A stretch of 63,751 bases of DNA, filler included, from Phoronis australis (lineage: Eukaryota; Animalia; Phoronida): the NCBI GenBank assembly GCA_002633005.1. It is 5 parts of 5 records of this genome, joined end to end, with 100 filler letters (N's around TTAATTAATTAA, not from the genome) between each part and the next. Parts side by side here need not be neighbours in the genome. Positions count along the whole stretch, not along the records: positions 1 to 21,798 come from NMRA01000311.1; 4 more parts are not named here. One strand, given 5' to 3'. The number at the start of each line of letters is the position of its first letter. Within the stretch, counting starts at the first letter, position 1. The notes beneath the pieces are model-generated. The model was given only the letters and a program-made list of their open reading frames with translations, ran no database searches and had not been told where the DNA came from. Positions 1 through 11,329 of the stretch are shown piece after piece. The position numbers and the translations under genes are program-made.

Positions 1-1261
1 AAAAACACCCATCTTCGAAGTGACGTGAACAAATGTACAAGTTTTTTTGGAAGTACAACTTCCATTCACGTCGACGCGAGAACATAACTTTTTCTCCCAC
101 AGCGGATTTTGGGGTCTCCGTACACTATGGAAGCTAACGCCTCTGCATTTCGCCTGCGTAGCCGAACAACCGGCCACACAGCAGCCGACCATGATTAGCA
201 GACGACGTACTTGCCGGAAATTACACCAGATAATTTAGCCAGGTGTCGCCAGTGAATAATGACGTAAAGGCTTGTGCGCAAGCTCACAGATTTCGTCCAT
301 TGAAAGTATACGGAGTTGGCGGTCCATGTACTATAGTCTATGATGACAGCACAACTTACAAACTAAAAGCAAAACCAAAATGAGGCTCACGAGAGCTCAG
401 AACAAGTCAGCTGTCTCGAATTCGCGATGCGAGCTGCGTCTCGCGTGAAATAGTGTTTAACAATAAGAGTAACACAACAATAGTAACAGCGCCGTAAGTG
501 ACGTTATAGGGTTGAGTAGTCTCGATACGATAGCTTACAGCATCAATGCGCTCCGCTGATGACAGCAGTGTTGCCGAACATTTGGGCGCCGGCGCACGAC
601 TACCATGCATACATGTATGCTAAACGAATAATAGAACTTTTATTAATATTTTACAAATTCTGTATAATATTTTAAGATAAAGAAATGGTTATGGTGTCCT
701 ACAATAGGTATATTAAGGGGGGAGGGTGGCGAAGTGCGATACAATGAGCCTTGGGCTCCTACATGTATTTACCTCTAATTTTACCTCTACAGCACAGCAA
801 ACATCGTTTTCTTCGTCAGTTGTAAAATTCAAACAGTCGACCTCCGGTGAAAAGTGCCTTACGATTACAACTCAACACAAAGGGAACTTGCACGAAAACT
901 ACGTTTTGTTAAGAATTGCCTAAATTCTATTTACAAAGTACTGATCAGGTAAATGTTTCATGGATTGGACATTGCGGTGCATGTATACCCCTGTTGGTCA
1001 CCGGATGCTAGTCTAAATTTAAATTCACGAAGACCTGCGATCATGATTAACTACTGTTAATTATGTGAACTGAAAAAACGTTCGTTGTTTTATGGTATGT
1101 ATTTATATAAATGCAGGGCATTTTTTTATAAAATAATGGGTTTTGCATTATAAAACATTTTTTTTTGGGAAAAATTGTGAAAACTTCAAACAAAAAAATC
1201 AAATATCTCACAATATTCAAATTTTCCAAACATAAAAACGTAAATTTTGACCAAATAGAAA

Positions 1262-1630
1262 CCTTAGTTTTCAGAAAGCTTAATATGTCTTCCATACAGG
1301 AAAAACTTAAGTTTTCTGAAAAACTTAAGCAGTCAGGAAAACTTAAGTTTTTAAAATTCGAAAAACTTGAGTTTTGTGATAAACATAAGTTTTCATCAAA
1401 ACTTAAGTTTTTACTTGAAACTTAAGTTAATTTGTGAAAACTTAAGTTTTATTCCGGAAAACTTAAGGTCTCTCAAAAACTTAATATGATGACGAAAAAC
1501 ATAACCTTTAAAAACTTAAGTTTCTTTTAAAAACTTAAGTTTTTCGTTACAACCAAAGTTTTTCCTCTATTTTCCAAAAACGCAAGTTTTTTCCGCCAAA
1601 AACTTAAGTTTTCAGCGAAAAACTTCATTT
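1262..1630. repeat. Minisatellite of the palindromic unit AAAACTTAAGTTTT with variable spacers
   Basis: About 15 or more degenerate copies of aaaac(t/a)taag visible directly; explains the K/L/F-rich spurious ORFs at 1047-1425. Confidence 0.85.
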
Positions 1631-1774
1631 TTGTAAGTGTGCAGTCACAGACTCTGAAGCCTCTTTTCTAATGTTAAAAACCCAAACTTGTTCAGAGTAT
1701 TCTCACTTTCAATGCAATGTCACTGCGTTGTTATCCTTTAAGACACAGCATGGACAAGAAAATATACCCACTGT

Positions 1775-2372
1775 TACTGCTGTACCTGGAAACGTGATTT
1801 TGCGTCATGTTCCAAGCTTAAACGTTAAAAGGTCGTCGAAATTACCCTAGCCAACCCTTTTTAGGTTGGAAACGTACCTGAGCAGTTCAACTCAATTACA
1901 CCTTCTTGTAACCGTTTTTTAAAAGACATAACAACTTTTAAAAAGACTCCTCGTTTGGTCATTGGAAACGTACCAGGACATTCATGAACATTATATGCCA
2001 CTGTCTGTGTAGTATTTCCAGTACAATTAGTGCCCCCATTGGCCGGGGTGGGGTTGATGCAAGTTCTTGTACCTGTCTGTGTGCCACCTCCACAGGTAAC
2101 AGAGCAAGATCCTCATTTCCAGTCGGACCAGCTGCCATCAACTACATGTAGAAACACTGAGTCAAAAAAGGCGTTGAACTGGGTCAAAGTCTCCAATTGA
2201 AAAAGATTAGTATATTGCTTTCTGCTAGAATATAAGACCACATGCCTTTCAAAGAGAGTCAGTTTAGACCAAGCTTTAGAAAAGACTCGACCAAAAACGG
2301 CCAGTCGTTTTAGTGGCAGGCTTTGAGTAAACGTTCATATTTCAGGCGGCATGATAGGCCAATCTTCGAGTC
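1775..2372. repeat. Segmental duplicate of 18755..19360 (TSP1 exon plus both intronic flanks)
   Basis: Colinear similarity by eye, from tactgctgtacctggaaacgtgatt to ttcatatttcaggcggcatgataggccaat, at both loci. Confidence 0.9.
1974..2141 (-). pseudogene. Thrombospondin type-1 (TSP1) exon, inactivated copy
   Basis: 168-nt AG/GT-bounded phase 1-1 exon reading (V)DGSWSDWK*GSCSVTCGGGTQTGTRTCINPTPANGGTNCTGNTTQTVAYNVHECP. Relative to the 18959..19126 copy it has TGG>TGA at 2113-2115 and a conserved Cys changed to Tyr. Confidence 0.85.
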
Positions 2373-3671
2373 AAATCTTGATTAATACTAGTCTGGTAGA
2401 CGTGAGTCTCATTTACGGTAGGTTTATCCGATGTCATATAGTCATGTCTGAATAAATTGTTAAGTGACTGTAGGACTCAGCAGTCACAGACACTAAAGCC
2501 TCTTTTCAGATGATACGTGATTCTAGGCCTCTTTTCTAATGTTATATGACTGTGATACTCGACAGTCACAAATTCTAAAGCTTCTTTTCTAATGTTAAGT
2601 ATACACATCGCGTTGTTATCCTTTGTTTAAAGTGAAATCTCCTGGAATTCCTCTGATGGCCATATTACATTGTACCCTGACGACTGAAACAAAACTCTGT
2701 CATGACGGCGACATCCCGTTGCTCCCAACTTGTTCGATTCTATATCCCAACAACAAGTTGGGAAGTTTACCCCCGTAGCTAGCCAATGTCTTACACGACT
2801 GATTAACTCCATTCTGGCATTTAGAGTTGGAGGGCCTGCGCTCTTTTGTTCGATAATTGCTCTAATTTCCGATCAGATCGTATCTAGCCTGACTGGGCTG
2901 GGCTGATAAAAATGAAAGTTAAGTTATAACATATTTAAGCTTATACTAATAGAATTTCTGAATTCCTCGTCAAATGCTGATCATGTTCCATTTTTGAATC
3001 ACCAAAATCGCCTAACTACAACAGAATTTAAGTCAATCTATTCTGTCCAAACGGATTACCAACGCACTGGGTTTGACTGTGTTCAGAATACGCGTTAGGT
3101 AATAGCCTGCAAGTACTAAACGTTTCCTCTGAAGCCTGGGAGATTATTGGCCTGCTTATTATCACACGGGACAAAAGACTGAGCTGGGCACTTAACAAAA
3201 GAGCCAGATGTTATCTTACGTTCAGCATCCCTCACGTCTGGAAAATTACTGAACGCTGTAATGTGACCGTAACCAATATTATAGTAGTAGATTATGGAGC
3301 AAAAATGAACATGCCAATTGTGGTTCTCAAGTCGAGAAATCATTCCTAATCAAAACAAGGAATAGGATGAGACTAGTTGTGCAATAGTAAGTAACTTTTT
3401 ACAAAATTAATATCAATATCAACAAATAGGCTGATTAACTGTGAAAAACTGGTCACAAATTTTCCGTTGTCATAACAGCAAACGGGTTATACCATGGAGC
3501 GAAACCCATGTCTGTGTCAAAACTTAGAAGTTGTGACAGTTTGAGTGCTTTGAAATTCACAGCTATGATGATTTTTGTTAGCTCTCTTGGAATGGAGATC
3601 ACGTTCTCTCATAGGATTTGGAAGAGTTTGATAGAGTAGTGCGTAATTTGTGTTTTAAGTACGTCAATGAG

Positions 3672-4477
3672 TACCGTCAGAGGTCCTAAAGTCGTGAGTG
3701 CCCTAAAGTCGTGAACGATCTTATTTCCTCTTCTGCGCGGTCCTGCGACATCTGGCGTTGAAGTTTCCAGCGTTCGTCTGCTTACGAACGTCAAACGAAT
3801 ACCCAGGCGTGTTCGTATTCACAATATGATAAAAAACAGTGAGTGAGTGGCTTCTTTTTTCAAATGTATCTTAAAAACAGTACTTTTCATTAATTCCCTT
3901 TTTTGTGCATTTTTGGGATATATTTTCGAAAATATTTATCGTTCAGATTTACTCACACACGCGCTCCAGAGGTAGCTTGAACAATGTATCAAAATGTCCC
4001 AGGGTCGATCAAGTTTTGTAAGGCCAAAACAATAAAATACAGAACGATAATTGATGCTGGGTTCTTAGCGTTTTACGTGAACAACCTCATTGAAAACGCC
4101 TGTGAACATCAAAGTTGGGTGCAAAACTTATAACAATTTATTTCAATTGAAACTGAATTAATAAACAATGCAATGCATTTTATGTCATTTAGAGTAACTG
4201 TAAGCACTGTAGTTGACTTCTGTGGTCATACTTCGTGCATTTACGTCTAAACGAAACGTTCACGACTTTAGGGCTTCATTCAAAATGGCCGGCGATATCA
4301 GCGACAGTTTTAAAACTCTGCTTACGGATACAAACAAGGATTAAGATTGTCAAAACACGTATATTTGTGAAGGCTGATACATGTCCATGACACATGAGCA
4401 GTTGCTAACGGACACTGGGTAGTATGACAATCAACTGCTTATTATGCTTATATTCACGACTTTAGGTCACCGGTGTA
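3672..4477. mobile_element. Probable non-autonomous DNA transposon (MITE)
   Basis: Motif cctaaagtcgtga occurs twice near the left end and inverted (tcacgactttagg) at ~4260 and ~4454; TA at the outer edges; no coding capacity. Boundaries approximate. Confidence 0.45.
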
Positions 4478-5224
4478 TACATATAGGAAATGCCCATTTG
4501 ATGGCAGTCGTCACAGCGACAAGTCAAATTACCGTTAGATCACTACAGTAGCAACCAAGCTGTATCTCTTCTCAGTTCTTTTTAACTGTGTATCTCTTCT
4601 AACAGAAAGTACAAGAAATGATACACGTCACGGCCCGCACACCGAACACATTAAATGCAGACAGTACATATGTCCCGCAGACAGTATTTACCAAAATACT
4701 GGAGGACAGAGTAATGAAACTACATATTCCCACACATCTGCCTATACCAGTAAAACAAACGTACATGAATTCGATCGAAAGAAAAACAAGTCCCAGGGGG
4801 ATTCAGCGTTTTGAGTAACGAGGGGCCAGGGCAGAGTATTAGCCAAGATTTTGCCCGTCAGGCATTCGCAACCCCGAACTGCCAAATGTAATCTTGGAGA
4901 ATTTTAGGGGGGGGGGCATGGCCCTCTTGCCACCCTAAATCCACCACTGAGTTCATATATATATACAATCAAGTTTTGTTAAAGACGACGTTCTATTGTC
5001 TTTAATGGCAGTAGTAGGTACGCGCTCGAAGGGCAATCTGTTCGCGCGTCAGGCGACAGTTGATGTAAATGCAAAATGTGACCCAGGCTCATGGAAGTGA
5101 GGAAAGCACATTCAATATTACGGGCTTCATATTCAAATCAAATAACGAAAAAATATAGAGTAAAATTGCCCAGTACATCATTTCTCATGATCATCTTCAG
5201 TGAAGTTCACATTGTGTATAAACT

Positions 5225-5370
5225 GATAGGCATACATATATATACATACATGTAGATATATACATGTACATACATACACACATACATACAAATATACATA
5301 CATGCAAACATACGGACAGACAAACTTACAGACAGACAAACAAACACAAGTTCAGATAGACAGACATATA
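5225..5370. repeat. (CATA)n/(CAGA)n compound microsatellite
   Basis: Directly visible simple repeat. Confidence 0.85.
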
Positions 5371-5386
5371 TAAGCGCTTCTTTTTC

Positions 5387-6285
5387 ATGAGAACACACAA
5401 AACCGACGACTTACCCATCAGAGTCCACACGATGCTCTAATAAAAACAAGATTTCACGCAAAGAATCGCACCTTTATATCAAGTCAAAAAATCAAAATGC
5501 ACATAAGTGTTACGATCATACGGAGACTACCATGTTTCGGTGTAGAACATTGATCATAATTAATCTCTGTGTAAGGCAACTACATACATTAGTGAAGGCC
5601 TGCACGTGTTTTAACATGAAAGACGTGCGAGTAATTATACTTCACTACTTTTATCCATGAGAGGCAAGAAAAATTTCAAAACACCGATAATATTTCCTTC
5701 CTTCAGACGTACTATTTATGTCGTCTGGTCAAAAACATGGCATATCTATTTCTTGTAGGTAAACGAGATATGTGCTTCAAAGAGACAACTGGCCGCGTAC
5801 AATACGTCGCGGCCACTTCAATCCTAACTTTCATCNATGAGAACACACAAAACCGAGGACTTACCCATCAGAGTCCATACGATGCTCTAATAAAAACAAG
5901 ATTTCACGCAGAGAATCGCTCCTTTATATAAAGTCAAAAAATCAAAATGCACATAAGTGTTACGATCATACGGAGACTACCATGTTTCGGTGTAGAACAT
6001 TGATCATAATTAATCTCTGTGTAAGGCAACTACATACATTAGTGAAGGCCTGCACGTGTTTTAACATGAAAGACGTGCGAGTAATTATACTTCACTACTT
6101 TTATCCATGAGAGGCAAGAAAAATTTCAAAACACCGATAATATTTCCTTCCTTCAGACGTACTATTTATGTCGTCTGGTCAAAAACATGGCATATCTATT
6201 TCTTGTAGGTAAACGAGATATGTGCTTCAAAGAGACAACTGGCCGCGTACAATACGTCGCGGCCACTTCAATCCTAACTTTCATC
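5387..6285. other. 450-bp near-identical tandem duplication around a single N (5836); likely unmerged contig or allele overlap
   Basis: 5387..5835 matches 5837..6285 except for a few substitutions near the start of the unit. Confidence 0.85.
5415..5436 (-). CDS. Candidate 22-nt micro-exon (second copy at 5865..5886)
   Basis: gtttttattag|AGCATCGTGTGGACTCTGATGG|gtaagt has a good acceptor and a consensus donor; read from phase 0 it gives SIVWTLM and ends in phase 1, bridging the lectin exon (ends phase 0) to phase-1 exons. Confidence 0.35.
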
Positions 6286-6603
6286 GGTGCTGTCCGACAA
6301 ACCATGACGAATTTACTCAACGTACGTGTTAACGCGGGTAATGTTTGTCGCTAGAATACTGTGCTATGAAGTTAAAATTCGCTATAATTTATTGTCACTT
6401 GTTTGCCACCCATCTTTTAGCAACGATATCCGTCGAGTATTTTGAACTTTTAAATAGTTTTTCGATTAATTTGAGTTCGTTTCCTGTATTTCTTATAGTT
6501 TGATGGTGCTTTTGTCTACACTGTGAACACTAAACTGGTTCTTATTCGTTTTAATTTCTCTTGAGATGGTTCCCAAATCTAAATTCGAGGGACGGCACCT
6601 TAC

Positions 6604-6826
6604 CGGTGACAGATCCTGGCATATGGACGTATTGGATTCATTGCACGGTCTGTCACACCACTTTTGCAATTGAGAAGAGTCAAGAGACATACAATTTTCT
6701 CTGGTACTGCCGTCTGGCTGAGAAGGGTTCGTGGCCCAGGCGAAGAAGGTGGCCGTTTGTCCTTCGACGTTCTTCCACGTCCCTTCTGAACCCTCGTCGG
6801 TTAACCCTATCCAGTTGTACCCATGA
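6604..6826 (-). CDS. C-type lectin domain, second exon
   Basis: gttgcag acceptor, gtaagg donor. Translation HGYNWIGLTDEGSEGTWKNVEGQTATFFAWATNPSQPDGSTRENCMSLDSSQLQKWCDRPCNESNTSICQDLSP contains WIGL, QPD, ENC, WxDxxC and the terminal IC motif. Phase matches the 7913..8096 exon. Confidence 0.92.
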
Positions 6827-7912
6827 CTGCAACGTAACAGTTTTATCGTTTTACATGTTTTGCATATTTTTTTTTCTGGAAAAAGACAACAACCGTCTTC
6901 TTTGTATCCATACCTTTACTAAAGCTGCATCCAAATCCACACATGTACTCTTCGACCACATACTGCCTGAACTCCACAAACTGCTGCATTATTAATGCAA
7001 AATAGTACCATCTCAAATTGCAACAGTTTATGTACAATTCAGAAGCACAAATTGCTGTAATGCAATCAAAACGGAGTTAGGTGCAGCTACTTTTTGTACA
7101 AGGCTTCACCGTCTTCCGTGCCGGTTAGCTTGGCCGCCACATGAAAATGGCCAACGTCAGGGATGACTGGAGCTGGGAGGACAAGACCGCATGCCCCCTT
7201 GGCAGCCAAGAGATTGAAGAGAATGTAATCACAAGCAATATAACTGAGACTTTTGTGGAAAGGTCAAATGTGACGGATAATACGACCGCTAAAGTTGGGA
7301 AATGAGATGTCGAGTTTGATGAAAACTCCCATGTTGGGGGACTAACTTAGTAACATAAGCTATGACACCGCCTGACTAATATACATAATGCAGACGTAAT
7401 TGTCGTATTGTCTGTTAATTCGGAGGCCGTGCGCTAGGAAAGTACTGCAGGGAAAATACTCATGAGTTTAAAACTATCCTCTATAGTTTTCGTTGCAGGT
7501 TGTTTATCATTAGAGTCATTTTGAATAGAAAATCAGTGCGCTCCCAAAAAATTGCCACAGTTTGTGACTGAAATATATGTACATCCTGTCAATATGAGGG
7601 TTTCGACAATTTGTGAAACTTCACACTCTAACTAGAAATTGACACAACGAAAAATAACCGCACGACCGTCCGTGCATCAAAGTTCGTAACAAACTTTTAA
7701 ATTTTGAGGATTGCGACAGACTTTACAGTTTCGACAGATTGTTGCCCTACCAGCAGCGGCTCCTCAAACTTGAAACAATTGGACGCACAAAATGAGTGAC
7801 TCCAATAAAACCATTGCTCACGTCTACCTGTACCTGTAGTTGAATGCTTAGCTTGTCACCTAAACTATTGTGTGCGTTATGTCCAACTCAGTATTTTGTT
7901 GTATGCACTTAC

Positions 7913-8096
7913 CTAGGGGCAACGAACGACTTCAGGAAAGCTTGTGCTGAGGCGTTGTGGATATGTGCAAGATAACCTCCGATAGTGACGCAGTTATTAA
8001 CGGCTGCCAACCAAGTTCTTGTCTTTATGTCCTGGTAATAACAAACTCCAAAAGGAGACGCCGTCCATGCGGGAGATGGACATGACGAGCTGTTGA
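7913..8096 (-). CDS. C-type lectin domain (long form), first exon
   Basis: ttttttacag acceptor, gtaagt donor, 184 nt, phase 1 to 2. Translation NSSSCPSPAWTASPFGVCYYQDIKTRTWLAAVNNCVTIGGYLAHIHNASAQAFLKSFVAP follows the CP..W....CY ... W..A...C...GG.LA.I pattern. Not in the ORF track. Confidence 0.92.
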
Positions 8097-9634
8097 CTGT
8101 AAAAAATTGTTTGTGTCAACAAAGAAGTTTAATTCGATGGTCAGAAGTTTCAGAACTCCACGAATTCTAGAAACACCGTTCCCAATAGTACAACGTTACT
8201 TACATGTACTACAATATTCTAACCAAGTGCGAAACATTGACCGTTATTCTACTGCAGTAGCTTTACAGAATTAACGCTACGATGATCCAGACAGCTAGTA
8301 ACGGTTATTAATGATAAATTATAACTATTTTTCTGGAACTGCTATATAGAACTTGACGCTAAGCACGGATGTACTAAGGAGAAAGGGTGCACAATCATGG
8401 GTCAGAAAATTTGTAAGTTCTTCGTGCGGCATGGTGCAGTGATGTAGCCTCGGGAGGTCATTAACTATTACCCAGGACCATGGGAACTGGTGCCTAGGCG
8501 CAACAAATGCACAAATGTTACCTCGGACCATGGGAACTATTGCCTAGGCTCAACAAATGCACAGGCTTTCATCAGGGGTCAAAACTCTAAACTCAGTCCA
8601 TACCCGAGAGAATTTCTGGCGTTTGTTTGCATTTTAGGGACGCGGTAATGGTAAATATACCGCGGTCGCGATGTTCGCTGGGGCTTAGAGGGACTGCTGT
8701 ATGTGGAATCACAGCCGCGGCCATACAATCGTTTCTACTCCCTCTTTTCTTCGCAAAAATTACGCGAATATTCGCACAATACATGTACATTGCACTGGGG
8801 TCTCATAGTAATACATGAATGCATGTTATGGTATCAACAAATCTTAGGAAACAATTATCCCTTAAAACTAAATTCCAACCTGAAAAAAATCCGAATAGTC
8901 ATACCTATATTGTGGATGATGCCATACGACAATAATGTCGAAAATACAAGATGCGTGGACGCCAATATCTTGCCCATGAAGGTGCGTCTGTCTTATTGAC
9001 AATCTACCAAACGTACTGGTATTTATACATGAACTTTGCATCCACAAAGCGACAAGCAATTGCACGATATTTGCTCAATAATTTATAGACTCAGTAATGG
9101 GTCTTAACTCTTTTGAAGCGATCGGTTTGCATTCATTCAATATCACCTGGGAAAGTCACACTGACTTTGTTGTTTAAAGTGAATACTTTGCAGATATATT
9201 CACAAGAATTAATTTATTAATTAGTCAGTCTGTCATAGTATACCCAGACCATCACTTGAAGCCGAGAGTTCGTTACAATACAAATATTTGCTTCTACGAA
9301 TCAGTCGACAGCAATGTTGATTTTGACACGAAACAAAACTACAAAAATATCGCCTGAAGTGCAATAATAACATGGGAGAAGTTGGTTGTGACTAAATCGT
9401 ATCAACGAGGTTATGTCCGGTAAGAAATGTACCCATGCAGATAAGCAATTGCCAAATATACAATTTCTGCGAATTTCGTGAGCACACCTTGCGATAGTGA
9501 AAGCTTATCTTAATTATGTGCGAATGCTTCAATCGACGTTTTGCTGGTTTCCATGGAACAACTGAAAACGAAGCAGGAATCTCAACCAAACGTTCATGAA
9601 TGCGTCGCTGAAACCCAATGATTTCTGAGTATAT

Positions 9635-9785
9635 CATGGGCGGCGCACCTTAGGGGGCTTGGGGGCTATAGCCCCACTTCTTGCAGTGCTGCGCTGTCCA
9701 TGGTCTATACATGTAGGCGGCGCACCACAGAGGGGCTAGGTGGCTTTAGCCCTTCACTTTTTTCAGTGCTGCGCCGCCCATATGT
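9635..9785. mobile_element. Two adjacent ~65-75-bp hairpin mini-MITEs
   Basis: catgggcggcgcac...gtgctgcgctgtccatg and ggcggcgcac...gtgctgcgccgcc; each has terminal inverted repeats and a GC-rich core. Confidence 0.5.
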
Positions 9786-11329
9786 ATGGGGAAATGAAAG
9801 ACAAATGAATACTATTTGCTTGTTTGGTATGACGCCAACTGCACGTATTGTGCCCAATCAAATAAAATTAAAATGCCAAAATTATAAACAACTCAGTCAG
9901 ATTCGCGCAGCTCTGTAAATTACTAAGCACTTCGGAATTTAGTTGCTAAGCCATGGCCAGTATTAATCTTTCTGAACTAACCAGGAGCATATACATGTAC
10001 AATGCGATAATTCAAAACCCATACCTGTACAAAATTCAAGTACTAAATTTCCCCCATGTAGATGTGAAACGGAAAAAACGTGCAAGACTTGCAGAAGCTT
10101 TGAGTAAAATACGACTGTGCATTTCTATTCTCATTTGTGCTCGTTCATTCTATACAATCCGTAACTTTCTCACAGCACCATTTCATCGGTGTTTAAAAGC
10201 GCTCCACCATTCTATGAAACTAATCTCTCACATGACCTGGAACATGTTACCACACGACCTGTTAATAACACCAAGTACATGCGAGTAGTTTTTTGTAATT
10301 ACTTGGGCGAATCACAAAGTAGTGCAAAGTAGATATCCACGCGCTTTACATTTTATTGCCTGCTAAAACACTAATACCAACAACCCGGTGAAACACGCGC
10401 CAACCAAACAACGCCGGAATTCCATGAAGGTGACAAGGTTATGATTGACAAATCGGGTGTCGCAACTGTACGCACACCAGTCAGAAGTTCATGCAAACAA
10501 CTTCTTAAAAGGACCCATCTTCGGCGGCGAATTCTGACGTTTGTTCAAACGGAGACGAACCCCAACTGAACAAGCGCAGGGAGACGGTCTAGCTGTGCTG
10601 TCTCAACGTCAGTTCAGTGTTCACGCATGCGGAAGCCCTGTCGACTGTTATTGATAAACATTTGTTAAGTTTTAATATTACAGCTTCAAAGACTATTTAT
10701 TAGATTCTAACTTGAACTTTTGTTACGAAAGATGAATACAATTTACAATTGCTAAGTTTAGAATAAAACTATTATCCATCTACTTCACCTTGCGCAAGCG
10801 TGTTTTTACGAAAATTGCCTCAGGTGGTTGAAAAATTTAGACACGTGGAGTTTTACGGCAAAAAGTGCGTTTTAAAGGTTCATGTGAGAAAACAAGTCTT
10901 GAGACAACTGTAGGGATCCCCATTTCCGCACCCGTTTGTACATACATGAATGTATAGTGATGTACACGACGAGGTCACACGGAAATGAGCGAACTTTGCA
11001 TCGAATGAGATGTAATTGTGGGTCAAAATCGCGTCCAATTATTGGCAGATACGTCATCAGTGAACATCCGAATTAGCTGAATAGTTGAGGAGCCGTCCGG
11101 TATGTCGTCATTTTGAATACCGCAACTTATGCTCTAAAGTGTCACGAGAAGCAAACTTAGCATCACCTTTGTTTGGGCTTTGTCTGTGAAAAGTCGACGA
11201 TATAAATTAAATTTTTAAAGCGGAGTAAATTGCATTGATGGTCATGAATTCATGTCATCATTGCGTGAATGTCGCAGATTTGTTTTGATATGGCAACCAT
11301 CTCTGAGTTCGATACACACGTATGTAAGC

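Noticed and set aside
1262-1630. CRISPR-like array of palindromic repeats
   Set aside because: Spacers are only a few bases and irregular, repeats are degenerate, there are no cas genes, and the context is eukaryotic.
2627-2903. Possible extra exon of the lectin/TSP1 gene (acceptor near 2904)
   Set aside because: Stops interrupt the plausible frames and no domain could be recognised.
6561-6995. 144-aa plus-strand ORF
   Set aside because: Antisense shadow of the lectin exon.
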